From Catajapyx aquilonaris (Eukaryota), in the NCBI GenBank assembly GCA_000934665.2, contig JYFJ02002161.1, positions 1-62,228 of the forward strand: DNA of 62,228 nucleotides, in the 5' to 3' direction. The position numbers and the translations under genes are program-made. How positions within the stretch are numbered: the first letter of the stretch is position 1; each line of letters begins with the position of its first letter. Of the stretch, positions 11,656 to 23,667 are shown piece by piece. Under the pieces are notes generated by a model. It was not told where the DNA came from. It did not search any database and saw only the letters and a list, made by a program, of their open reading frames with translations.

Positions 11656-14600
11656 TTAGAGATACATCTTGTGCCACGCAGTCAGCACCTGCCTGGCCTG
11701 CACTGCACAACCCCAAGGAGTGAGGGACCCATCCTGTGCCTGGCACAGTGGTCCCAGCACCAGATGTCCCAGGAGAATATGCCGACGCGTCAGAGGTGTG
11801 CGGCACTGCACTGACACTACAATCCGAGCCGACTGCAGTGCCCCTAAGGGAAGAACAAAGGAGAAGGCAGCATCCTCAAAAAAGAGGTTTCTCCTGCGGC
11901 CCTCTTTAGATGATGCGCCTTCAGTGGCAGTGGGGACAGCAGAGGAGCGCTGGACCCGTACCTCCTGGCCGCCCATGTACAGAGCAGCCTGAATCAGGCA
12001 GCGAAGGCGTGGGGGTTGCTGAGGAATGGATAAACCTCGGGCTTGGAGAGCCACCACTGAAAGCCTGTGGGAACGTAAAAAGAGAAAGATATACTTGACT
12101 GAGCTTCCTCTAGCCAAACGCCCTGAAAAGCTACTGACCTGCACTGGTTGGGCTGGTAGGAGAGTGACAGCTGGACAGCTCCCCGGAACCTATTCTTTCT
12201 GTCGGGAAAAGCCCTGGCGTACATCCTAACTTGCATCTGCTGAGGTCTCTCTCCCAAGCTCCTCATGGGCAGGAAAGCATGGCCAATGGCTGCCTCCATC
12301 CTGCCACCGCCACCAGGAGGAACAAGGCTCAGCCTCAGCACCATCGCAGTGTCCCCACTCTCACCTGACACAATACTGCGGCGCCTGACCTAGAAGAGGA
12401 GCACAACGCGTGGTGATGATTGCTCAGGCAGTAACATTTCAATTTTAGGTTACACATATTCACCTGCATGACCATGAGGTCACCCATCTTGACTTGTGTG
12501 GATGCACGTGTCTTCCAGGTCCTTGGAGGGAGGTGCGCCCTTCCTAGCACATGCCCAACAATCCACCATCCAGTCCCCTCTTCCCACTCTTGGGTGATGC
12601 CCACTCCATCCACTTTCTCGACGTACACACTGATGGAGCCTTCAGCACGAACCCATTGGGCACTTATGGCAAGGGAACCCAGAGATTGATCCTTCCAGCA
12701 GCCCTTCAACTCCTCTTCTTGCTTCTCTGTGGCACCCTCGTCCTCACCACTCCCAATGTCTTCTCCATCCACCTCTGGCTCATCTGCTTCGTACAGTTCC
12801 CGTCGGAGGCCCACTGATTCAGGCTGGACAGTTACAGGCTGAGTGACCCATGACTCCAACTCCAGAGGGGACAGGACCACGGACGAGGTTGATGACTTTC
12901 GCACAAAGCTGGCCACACAAGTAAAATGACAGCTTTGTAATGACAGCCAAAGTTCCATAAAAATGTACAAGCCATCTGTATCATTATGAGCAAATAGCAA
13001 ATGCTCTCAAGAACGTCAACAGAAATGTTTTGCCATCATGGAGTATGGCCATATGGCAAGATCAACTGCCTGGGACAGCATGTGACTGCATTAAGCACTG
13101 GATCAATAGTCCAGAAACGTCAACTTCCATTATTTTCCAGTTAAATGGAGATATTGACAATAATATATTGTGAATGCTTGCATATAATATATTCTGTCAT
13201 TTGAGTATACTGATAGGAAAGCATTTCACTCTTACCCTCATGATAGCATAACACCTGATGGGGCAACCAGAAGGGCAAATCCTTTTGTATGAGAGATTTT
13301 AACTAGAAATAGTAGGGACTCCCAAGCTAGACAGATCTTTGTGGTATACAGCAAAAATATTGCATGTCACGGTGTCGGATAATCAGATGGAACTGGTATA
13401 CTTTAAGGGTGAATCCACCATGTTAAATCATACAGAATCATAGGTGAAGCAGGCCAATTTTGTCTGAATGTCCAACCCCTCGCTGCCTACTCCGTCAGGG
13501 TGGCATGGCATCAGTGGTTAGTGCCACAGCCTTCCACCTCTCAGGTCTTCAGTTCAACCCCCAGGTTGTGCTGAGAATTTACGATTTGTTCAGGGCTCAG
13601 TCTTAGATGCATGACTTGTCCCGCAAACACCCATTATAAGCAAAATCAGAGCAACATCCGCTTCTCATGTCTGTTACTTCTCTTTCATTGTTGTTGAAGT
13701 GAACAATCTGATCTTTACTGATACCCCACTTGAGCAGACAATCTGGTCAGTGGCCCAGCCATGTAAATTAATACAGTAAAACTTCTATAAGTCGAACGTC
13801 CCTAAGTAGAAATTCTCTATAAGTCGAAGAAAATCATGAGCTTGGTTGGTCACAATGTAAAATAAACTTCCCTAACTCAAATTTCTCCATAACTCGAAGT
13901 GCAGGCAGGGCCTTACGATGGGATATCAATGCATTTTCAGTCTCCCTAAGTCGAAGTCCATGTTGGCGAGTACGGAAAATTTTCTCATTTCCCACCTGAA
14001 GGGTCAAGAGGTCATATGTACAGAAAGGCTCAATTTCCTGATCTCCATCTACCCGACGTACTGAAAGAAGTGTTTGACTCGATTGTGACAATTGAATCCT
14101 TGAATTGGAAATGTCCATCACGAAGATCTTTTTACACCAAAACAACGAGGAACACTGTAAGTGTGACAGTGACAGTTATTTTTAAGTTTTGAAAACCTTT
14201 CGTCGCTGGATATGAAGATAGGCTTCCTTATAGAATTGTGTGCTTTAAAAAATCCAAACTTCTCTAACTCGAATCTTCTATAACTCGAAGTGTTTTCCCT
14301 GTCCCATGGAGATTCGACTTGTAGAAGTTTTACTGTAGCTTACAGTACTGTTTTCAGCTGTTGTACCCAAAGAGGTCTGTCTTAACTATCCTAACTGCAA
14401 TTAGCAGTATGGTTCAGCAATACCATGCAACAACAAAAACAGGAGTAACTCATAGCATACCAGCAATGCGCCCACTGAGTCGGTTTTTCTGTACAATCCT
14501 TGTTGCCATTTTCATGGAATGTCGTCATTGCAACAGCACGATCCTAACTGAATCATTCTCCTCACAATTATGCACAATATTCTGCGGCTCAGAGCTCACT

Positions 14601-15021
14601 TTGGTAAACAAAAACCTGCTGCTACTATTTCCAACAAAACATAATACCCCCCACCCCCTCACACCCATCACTGCAATTTACATGATAATGCAAGGCACAG
14701 AGGAATGTTATTGTTACCATTGTGATGGCTTGCCCACTCTCAATAAAATCATGCATGCTCATCATACTACGGTCAATAAGCGCAGAATATTTGCCATTAT
14801 TTTCCAGCTGTAGCTGTGATAATCTCACAATCTACAAATAACTGCCTTTTTTCCTTGCTTAAGTCAACAGAGCTGACCTTCACCCACCTGTCCTTCTCAT
14901 CCTCTTCTTTCCTCGTCTGCCCATCTCCTCTGCTGTGAAGCCCAGGCCTGACCTGCATGCAGCACTCGCTGCACCACCTCAGCCCCAGGGCGGCCCATGT
15001 TGTTGAGATCCGTCCTCCCAT
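11656..15021 (-). CDS. Synaptotagmin-like tandem-C2 protein without transmembrane domain, most like synaptotagmin-17; exons 15021-14888, 12908-12464, 12389-12139, 12064-11656; 412 aa
   Basis: C2B hallmarks GAVQLSLSYQPNQCRLSVVALQARGL...FSFVLP...LGHLVLG...AWH. C2A starts LGSLAISAQW. The N-terminus MGGRISTTWAALGLRWCSECC has a Cys cluster like Syt17 (RIS...RWTCRHCC). GT-AG introns with phases 2,0,2 join in frame to 1239 nt. AATAAA on the minus strand at about 11561-11570. Confidence 0.75.
13498..13650 (+). mobile_element. Degenerate tRNA-derived SINE head
   Basis: A-box-like TGGCATCAGTGGTTAG (13506-13521) and B-box-like AGTTCAACCCC (13551-13561) at tRNA spacing. No cloverleaf or TSD resolved, and the 3' end is approximate. 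Confidence 0.4.
13774..14335. mobile_element. pogo/Tigger-like (Tc1/mariner superfamily) MITE
   Basis: 23-bp TIRs CAGTAAAACTTCTATAAGTCGAA / TTCGACTTGTAGAAGTTTTACTG (1 mismatch), TA on both sides, and repeated subterminal TAA(G/C)TCGAA motifs. Confidence 0.88.
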
Positions 15022-18000
15022 GTTCTGCCAGTCCCCCCACCCTTCCCGGCCCACCTCCCCATCCTGCTAACACCCATTCCCCAAACCCACCACTTCCCTG
15101 CCTATCTTATCTGCTGTAATCACAGGTTTCAGGAGGTAAGGTGATTACAGGATTTTAAAAAATGGGACAAAGGGGCCAGAGGTGCAGCTTTTTTGTGTGT
15201 CAAAAGGTAAAGTTGGGGTCCAGTAGCTCTGGACGATCAGGTCAGGTCGAAGGTCAGTCTGGCCTGAAGAGGCAGCTGCTGGTGGTAGTGTGGCACCTGA
15301 AAACTCCCAACATGTCATGACAGCACCAAGGGAAAGGGCCAGGTCAGGCTTGAGATTGGATTTTGGAGTGGAAAGAATAGTGCTCATGGCCACGGGATTG
15401 AGCAAGGTGTTGCACTAAAAACTGTCCATAATTTCTGGATTAACTTTAGGAAAGGCACGTAATTACCATGTTATCAGGCCGCATTAAAGGCAAGATTAGG
15501 TTTTTTTGGCAAACAATGACTGACTCAGAATTTGGCCAGTTTTGGAATTTGATGACGCATCAACAAATACTGCCAGATTGAAGTGGTAACGTGTCTAGTA
15601 CGACACAGTAGTACTCCATCACCCACAACACCTGCCATGGCTCCTGGGAAGTAACAAGTTCAGCTGGAACCCTGAGATGAGCTTGGTGACATTTGAATCA
15701 TCAGATTTTCATTGCAAGCTCACCCAGTCCCAGGGCCAAGTTTGCCTCCAGGTGCTTCAAATTACTCATACTTCAAAATCTGGTGTTCAAGTCAGCTGCA
15801 GTCACCTAACCGTAGTAATGGTTTCATAAATTTAAGAACTACAACTTCGTCAATTTTTGCCTTGCAATGTAATAGTGACAGGCACATGTTTCATCCTCAA
15901 CAATGCATTGATTAATAATAAAATTATCCGATTAAATATTTATGGACAGATTCGAGCAAACTTGCATGTAATAATGAGGGGCTTGGTGTTAGGTAATATT
16001 CCAAAAAAGTGTTGGTCATAAGATTTGCTGGGATTCTCAGGTAGCTTGCAGGATGCCAGGTTGTCATTGGAAGCTAAACCTCCAACATGGTGGCAAGACA
16101 TTAAGGTTATATGGCATTTCTACTGTCTGTCCCGAGTATTCCTAAAAATCACCCCAAGTGGATGGATTTATACAAAAAAATCTCGTTACCCCATTATACA
16201 GATTGACTGGTCTTTTAGTGGCACAACAGTTGAAAGGCTGTTCTGCATTGAGCTAACTGCAGTTATAACTTTGTCGTGCCAAGGTTTTCAACATTTTTCT
16301 AAGGACCACTATCCAAGTTCAAACACTTTAATTCACTGGGTTCATATAGTGCAATGCACTCTGATAGGAGGTTAACGAGAAGGAATTGATCCCAACTGGT
16401 GCACATTCGGCATAGAGAAGCACATTGTTACAGCTACCTTTGCATTGCACACATCACATACTTGTCCATGTCCTGAGGCTGGCCGTCAATTAATCTAATT
16501 CTAATATCTTATGATATGGTTCCAGGCCAGTTTTCTTACTGCAACATTTCAACCATGTAAAGGTCTGCTGCCCCCTTCAATTTAGTCAGGCAGGAAGGGT
16601 AGGAACAAGAATCACTGATTGGTCCTAAGAAGACTGGGGAGCCAGCCATGTTTAAAGCTGCGCTTCTCAGCAATGGTACCCAATAATATTCTAATGAAAG
16701 CCTCTGCATATGTGCAGTTTAGGAAGGCTGAAATATAAAGCTACCATTCCAAGACCACCTTTTATAAGTTGAAAACCATTGACATATGAAGTGCATAGAG
16801 AGGCTCCAATGACAATGGCAGGATTAGAAATAGGAGAATCTCAGGTCAGAGGTCAGTTCACTGGTCATGCATGGTCAGGTTATGCGACCTACTTCTTCAC
16901 ACATGCACCCATATGATGTGGCCATGTGATGTCATAAAATTTGTCAACTTTTTAAAAAAATCATGCTGTTTCTTCTCTTTAATAAATGCAATGCTTGGGT
17001 GTTGGATCACATGAACATGTCAAACATAACTTTCACGTAATAAATGGAAGCCAAAAGACCATAAAATGTCTCTGAAGCAACTTATATGATGGTACATACT
17101 GATAAAAAGACGTTTTGTAATCAAGTCAAGCAGAAAAAAATACATCAAGTATACCAAAGACTCCATTCAGTGCAATTAATCAGCAGATCATCACATCACC
17201 ACTTGTCACAGTTCAACATACAGCATGCACTTAAGTAAGGAATGCTTCAAACAGGTCGCAGAAAAATATGGAATGCCCTTCCTGTCTTGGCTCTGACCTC
17301 CAAGAAACTCGTGAGGTGGTAGCTTCAACCTCATATAACCTAACCATGGCTACCAACTGACCCCATAAAACCGAAAGAAAATCACAAGGAAATATCCCCC
17401 CAAACGGTCCACGAACCGTCTGGAAGCTGCCGACAAACCTTGTCAAACTTCGCCATCCGCCGGTTGGCCGCGAGCCGCGACCGAAGTGACGCCGAGGGAG
17501 AGAGACCAGGGTAGGTGGTCATAAAAGCGAGATAGGTTGGTTAAAAAAAAGCCAAAGAACTGCCGTTTTCTTCACCTGGCGAGCATATATTTCGTCGAAC
17601 ACCCGGTCTGATTATGCTTGAGGTTACACAATAAAGAGACAAACACCGATCCATCTACACATCAATACACGAGTATAGACCTTGTCTGCTACAAACTAAT
17701 AAAAAAAGGAATACAAACTGGCAATGGTTACTGAGAAGAAGCAACTTAATATAAAGAAAAACAACCATTATCGTTTACATTTTCACCTGCATATCTCTCA
17801 GATCGAGAAATGTGAATTGTCCACACAAAGAGAGAAAAAAAAAGGGTATGACCTGACAACACGTGTACATCCTATGTATCTAGATGTGAAAAGAGGTAAA
17901 GAGAGAAAAAACAGGGATCCTCAGTATGTGCTTGATTCCACGTACTGGCAATGTGAAGTCGGAAAATCCACGTTATCTGCAACTTACGTTACTTTGTCAC

Positions 18001-18684
18001 ACTCTCCATTCACACATTAATCAGTTACCATAAGCTTTAGATAACTCCACAATTTCTCATTAACTTGCCTATTAGTGTATGTACTACAAAAATGCCTTTC
18101 AAGAAAAAAAAAAATCAAAACAATGCAACCAATATATTTCTTTACTCCTTGCAAAGAGTGTAATTACTTCATGTATGTGGTCATCATTTCACTCTTAACA
18201 TGTACAAAAAAAAAATAAAAAAATCCACAATGCACGCACGCACGCAGACACTCACATACACACAAAAAGAGAAGGATGGGACGCACGGGAAAACTGGATA
18301 GGATTAGATGAAAGGTGGCTATTTTTTGCTCCAAAGTCCTTTTCTGCCGCGACCCGCACGCAGGGGCCTGCGCAACACGTGCGCTGCCCCCACCCATGTT
18401 GGTCGCCCCCTGCACACAAGTTGGCCGCCGCGCTTCGGTTGTCGATCCCTGGCGCCGCAGTTTCGTTGAAGCAGGGGGAGGGAAGGCCCCGTCTTATCTC
18501 TCTTTCTCTGCGTAATCCGTGGAAGCAGGTAGGCAGAAGCCCATAAACAGATTCAGGAATTAACGGTGCCAGATGTGCCGTAGGTTCTCTTAAGGTTCTC
18601 TCCGCGCGTCTCAACCTTCCTTCACGCACGCCCGTGTCGCGTCTCTCGTCACGCGCGTGGTCTCTCTCTCTCCCTTCTGGTGTG

Positions 18685-21600
18685 TTAGTAGGGCGCGTAC
18701 CGACGCGGGGGGGAGGGGCCGCGCGTAGGTCTGGGCGGCCAGAAGTGGGTGGAAACGGGAAGTTCTCACATTAGGGCGCTTAATGTTCCAACAAGAAAAT
18801 CAACGGAGGGTTTCTTTTGCCCAATCTACTACTGAAAACATTGGCTAATTTGGCCGCCTCCCCAAAACTGACAAATCCTGGGCCAATTGCAAGAAATTTT
18901 TAAACATTTCTTATTATTTTGTGGGTCGGCAGCAAAGATTTGCTTTAAAAAGGATATGAGGTCCACAACAAATACTGTGGGAATGCTAATAAAAAAGTGC
19001 ATGAAGGGAATCTACTCACCTCTTATCATCAAAGGTGTCCCGAGTGAAATCTTCAAAAGACCTGCAAACACAGTAAAAAGATTTGTTAGAGGTCAAACTA
19101 ATCACCAATGCAATAATAAATGCATTAATGAAGAAGATTTGGAAGGCGCCAATTTGAATATGAAAGACTGCACGAACTGTCACATAATGACATCACATTT
19201 TCTAGACATGATACACCAAATGTGATATGAGTGACAATAGAGAGACAAGCCTTCCCTTGGCTACAGTCCTGCTAGCACGGTATCAGCCACATGTAGCCCG
19301 AGAAAGGAGAGGTTCCATAGATAACTGAACAAAGGCCGACTCATTACAGATTTGGCTACAAATCTTGAATTGACTTGACATCATATTTGCAAAGTGAATC
19401 TAATGGTGCTTCGTATGTAGTTCATACCATATACCCATCTCTGCAGTCACATCTTATGGCCTTTATAAAAATAAAACTGTCAAAAATCACCTACTAGGTG
19501 GAATCTGCTCACAATAATTAATGTTGTAATCAAATTTTGTCACATTTTGTCACACATACCATAAAACCTGCCGATCGATGACCCTGACAGAAGAATTCAA
19601 ACTGTGATACTTACCCCCACCTGTAGTGTGGTGGTGGTGAACGGCTGACAAAAGAACCGTAGCTCGATGATGGTCTCTCAAAGTACGAGTCCCTGGGGCC
19701 ATCCCTCAGTGGTGGGAGCCCACGTGGCGGCATGGGGGGTGGGGGAAGGGGCTCCCTACGGGCCAGAGGTGGTGGAGGGAGGAAATCTCGTGGGCGTGGA
19801 GGAGGGAGGTCTCGGGGAGGAGGGGGGAAGTCTCTTGGTGGGGGATAGCGATCCCCATTGAAGCGACGCTCAAACATGAAGTCATCTCCATAGCGGCTCA
19901 TCATGCGCTCCCTGAGGAAGCTTGGTGGAGGGGGAGGTGGTGGAGGATACGGCTCGCGACGGGGGAAAGGTGGTTCACGGAAGCCATTCCTGCAGGTGCC
20001 AAACAGGTTGTTGTTAGGTTCATTTCAGACAGCAATCACATTTTCAACAAAAATGTTATAATTCTCCATCACACATGCCAAGAATATCTTGCAACTGTCA
20101 TACTTTAACTGATGATACCAGTCATCTCCAGTAAAATTCCCACACACAAGCATACTTAGATTTTTAACTATTTCAAGTCCAAGAATCACTTACCCTGGAG
20201 TTCGTGGGCACTCCTTCGACCAATGGCCACCTCGGCCACAACGGTAACATTGCTCAGGGTCGCCCATCCCTGGACGTTGGCGCACCTTAGACGTGGACAC
20301 TTGAACCTTAATCTGCTGGCCATCTAGCTCAAAGCCATTTAGGTCACGAATGGCCTCATTGATCATGTCAGTACTCTCCACATGCTGCAGATCATACGAG
20401 AAGAGTGCATTAAATTCACAATCCAAGAGGGGCAGTGACAGGCCCAGAACAGTTTAATAACCCCCTCCATCCCAGGCCTTCCCCTTTGTTCACTGAAACT
20501 GGGACAACAAAACAAACAGAAGCTCACCACAAATCCATAGTTGCGAACAATGTCAGCCTCAACCACGGTTCCATACTTGGCGAAAACCTTCCTCAGGTCA
20601 TCTGCTTTAGTATTGTCACTGAGGTTCCCCACGAATATCTTAGTGGTGGGAGTCTGTGGCCCCTTGCGGCTGGTGGCTGCCTCTACCTTCATAGCTTGTC
20701 CGTTCACCAAGTAGCCGTTCAGATTCTGTATGGCGTGTCTCCCAGTTTCCTCTGTTTCCATATGCTGAATGGATGGTTGGTTGGTTGGCAGCAGTCACGT
20801 CCATAATCACAGGAAGAGCAGGGGGCACATGTGTGGAATGGTGACCCATGATGAAGTGAGTAATGATGGGGTGGAAGAAATGGAGGTGGGCACAGAGAAA
20901 AGAAGAGGAAATGTTCACTTTGGTCAAAATCATTTCAAGACATTTCTATTGACATGCTACTTCCATTTTGGTTCTGATTAGTACAAAATAAGCTTCCATT
21001 AAAATTGGATTGGCTCACATTAGGCCAAGAACACACTAGGCTATGTGACCACCATATGCGACTAAAAAGTTGCAGAAATACTAGGATGCAAGTCGCCTAT
21101 TGCAGTTACCCAGTTTAAACCTGACCTGTTCGTTCAATTTTCCTCCAAATCTTTTGTACTGATATTCCTGAAACCTTGCAGCTTGATGTCATGGTCACAT
21201 TGCCTAGTTTGCGCCTGGCCTTAGGAAGGTAAATGTCCCAGTTACAATAGAAAGAGTAGCACAAATAGAATAGTAACCATTTAATCTCCAGAGGAAGTGT
21301 TCCATGCACTCATTGACACTTTTTAAACTCATAAAGGTCTTGTTGGATCTCTTCTAGGAAACATTTCAGATTGGAAGACCAAAGTGTTTCCTGGAGGTGA
21401 TGCACCCAACATTAATTCTGGCACCACAACTATGAAATCTTCTTATAACATTTACTTAATACTTACTCTACTTGTGGCATTCTATAATCCATTCAACCTT
21501 ACAGTAACACTGACGTCACAATGGGCAAGTATGACTGTCAACAACACCAGGAAAGCAACTGACAATTACACGCTGGTAATGTCAGTATTATTAAGGCCCA

Positions 21601-23667
21601 TTCATAGAGGCCGTTGACGGTTTTGGTCTTTGGTCGCGGACCAATCATGACTCATGTAAGCAAGCACAACACAAGTGTTGCACTTGTTTACACAACGCGA
21701 CCAAACCCGTCAACGGCCTGTGTGATTGGACCTTTATGCCGCTGAATGGATTATGCATCAGATCTATTCTATTCTTGATAAATATCTGGAGTTCAGTCTC
21801 ATGCAATAGTGAGCCACATGCACAATCTTAGCGACTCCCAGGTTATGCCCATCTTGCCTCCTGACACATCACAGTTGCTCTCTGTCCAGAAACACTCTTT
21901 TCTCCATTTCCAAGTCCACTTCGTACTAAAATCACTCTCCAGTGACACTTGGCTTGCGTTGCAATATGCAGCAATTGGCTTACAACACAGTCAAAAATGT
22001 GTTTTAAATAATATAGATTTTCCTTACAATTCACAACATCTGCATTACAACACTACTCGAAAAAATTACAGCCCACACTCTTGATAGTAACATTGGGTAA
22101 ATAGCAGTCACTAAAAGGTATTGTTACCTGCTAATTCACTTCTGAAGCTCCCTAAACAACCTGCTATTATACTAACAAACACATTTCTACCCCCCCTCTC
22201 TGTACAGCCCTTCATCTTCAGAAGCCAAGACTTTGGCACCAAAAATCCAGACCTCCAGTAATCAGTACAAGAACCTCAAATATCCACAACTGTAACCAAA
22301 GTACTTATCTAGAATGTGACTTGATACTTTTGTGAATGTTAATGATCTCAGGATTGATCAAGCTACATAATGACAATCACACTGCAAAATAAACACCAAC
22401 CTATTGTGCTTGTCATGTGGGTCTTGTAAATCTCTGGACTTGTACGAGTATCTCTTAATCTATCTTTGGTTAATAATGTAAAGGCAAGAGAGAGTCCCAA
22501 CTGGATTCTGACGAAGGACAATCACAGGTGATGATAACTATCTGGATGAAACTGAATATGCTAATAAAGGACAATATATGAGAACCTAAAATTAAATATT
22601 TCATGCTGAAGCCCACATTTGCAAAGTTATGACATGTTAAACTGTCAAAGTGACAAAAATGGCACATTAAAACTGATTCAACACTTCAATGTCATTATAT
22701 GTGGTCGCTAACGTAATCCCATTGTGTATGGGAATGTATTATTTTTGTCACTTTAGCACTTCATAACTCTTGCAAATATGGGCTTCAGTAGGAAATATTT
22801 CATTTTTGGTTACCATAATGATTATATTGTCCTTATTAGCATATTCAGTTTCATCCAGATTCGCTATTCAGCTGCCATATGTTCCTTGTGAGTGTGAAGA
22901 AACCTGAATTTCTTATTTCTCAAGGTCCTAATTCTAAGTATATTAAAGTTTCATCAGTATAGGCATAGTTGTTTCAGATTTACATAAGTGCTAAGGTCAC
23001 ATAGTGGACATGCTTAAAAATTACTAGCACGTCTAATGTCTCAAAATACATTAATTAATACGTAACATTTGAGATTGTGGAATATTACATGATTTGTGAA
23101 CATTTTGCATGGGTGGGTAGGGTGTTAAACTATTAGTCCTGCGAGACTAGGCTGAGATATTTGCAATCACTTCATAAAATGAAACAAGTTGAAATGCATG
23201 TTGCAATAAGTATTGGAATGTAACATCTACTGAAAGTGCCTTTTATTGTTGTGTAGCACATTGTAGAATTGTCCAAAAAGCTATCAAACGTTATAAGTCA
23301 AGGAATCATCCACATCCCACAATCCAATGCCTAGTAGACCTACCACAACGGTAACGTACCCCAAGATACGAGGTGTAATTTTCGGAACGATGGGAAACGA
23401 TTATGATTTTAGTACGAAGCGAGTGCGGAACGGGACACGAGGCAACGGTCTGAAAACTGTGATAACCCGGGATGCAAAAGTGCGTAAAAAGATCAAGAAA
23501 TAGAAAGTGTGACTGGTGGTCCTCACCACAAATCCATAATTCTTGACAACGTCGCATTCGACCACTTTGCCGTATTTCTCAAATAGCGGACGGATGTCAT
23601 CAAGCTTGGTCGTCTCGTTCAGGTTCCCTACAAAAATCTTGTAGGTTCCGGAATGTCGTACCGGCAT
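18685..23667 (-). CDS. lark: RNA-binding protein lark (RBM4 family): 2 RRMs + CCHC zinc knuckle + Pro/Arg-rich tail; exons 23667-23527, 20764-20528, 20384-20194, 19989-19621 (or -19615), 19061-19020, 18730-18685; 341 aa
   Basis: RRM1 YKIFVGNL...[21 protein letters not shown]2 TKIFVGNL...[14 protein letters not shown], knuckle [24 protein letters not shown] and C-terminal [14 protein letters not shown]...[12 protein letters not shown], as in insect Lark. All introns are GT-AG and phase-compatible (1026 nt). Confidence 0.96.
21594..21733. mobile_element. PIF/Harbinger-like palindromic MITE in a lark intron
   Basis: About 35-bp TIRs AGGCCCATTCATAGAGGCCGTTGACGGTTTTGGTC / GACCAAACCCGTCAACGGCCTGTGTGATTGGACCT. 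TTA TSD at 21591-21593 and 21734-21736. The interior is also palindromic. Confidence 0.85.
22540..22860. repeat. Long imperfect inverted repeat (about 120-bp arms, about 80-bp spacer), probably an old foldback/MITE
   Basis: ATCTGGATGAAACTGAATATGCTAATAA...GTGACAAAAAT (22540-22660) is the reverse complement, with indels, of ATTTTTGTCAC...TTATTAGCATATTCAGTTTCATCCAGAT (22741-22860). Confidence 0.85.

Noticed and set aside
18252..18629. 125-aa minus-strand ORF after the lark stop codon
   Set aside because: Non-ATG start in a GC-rich 3'UTR with no recognisable domain. lark already ends at the conserved RRYAPY*.
19560..19583. 24-nt candidate lark microexon (TTCTGTCAG| ... ATG|GTATGT)
   Set aside because: It would leave only a 31-37-nt upstream intron, below the roughly 60-75-nt minimum seen elsewhere in this window. 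The protein is already colinear with Lark without it.
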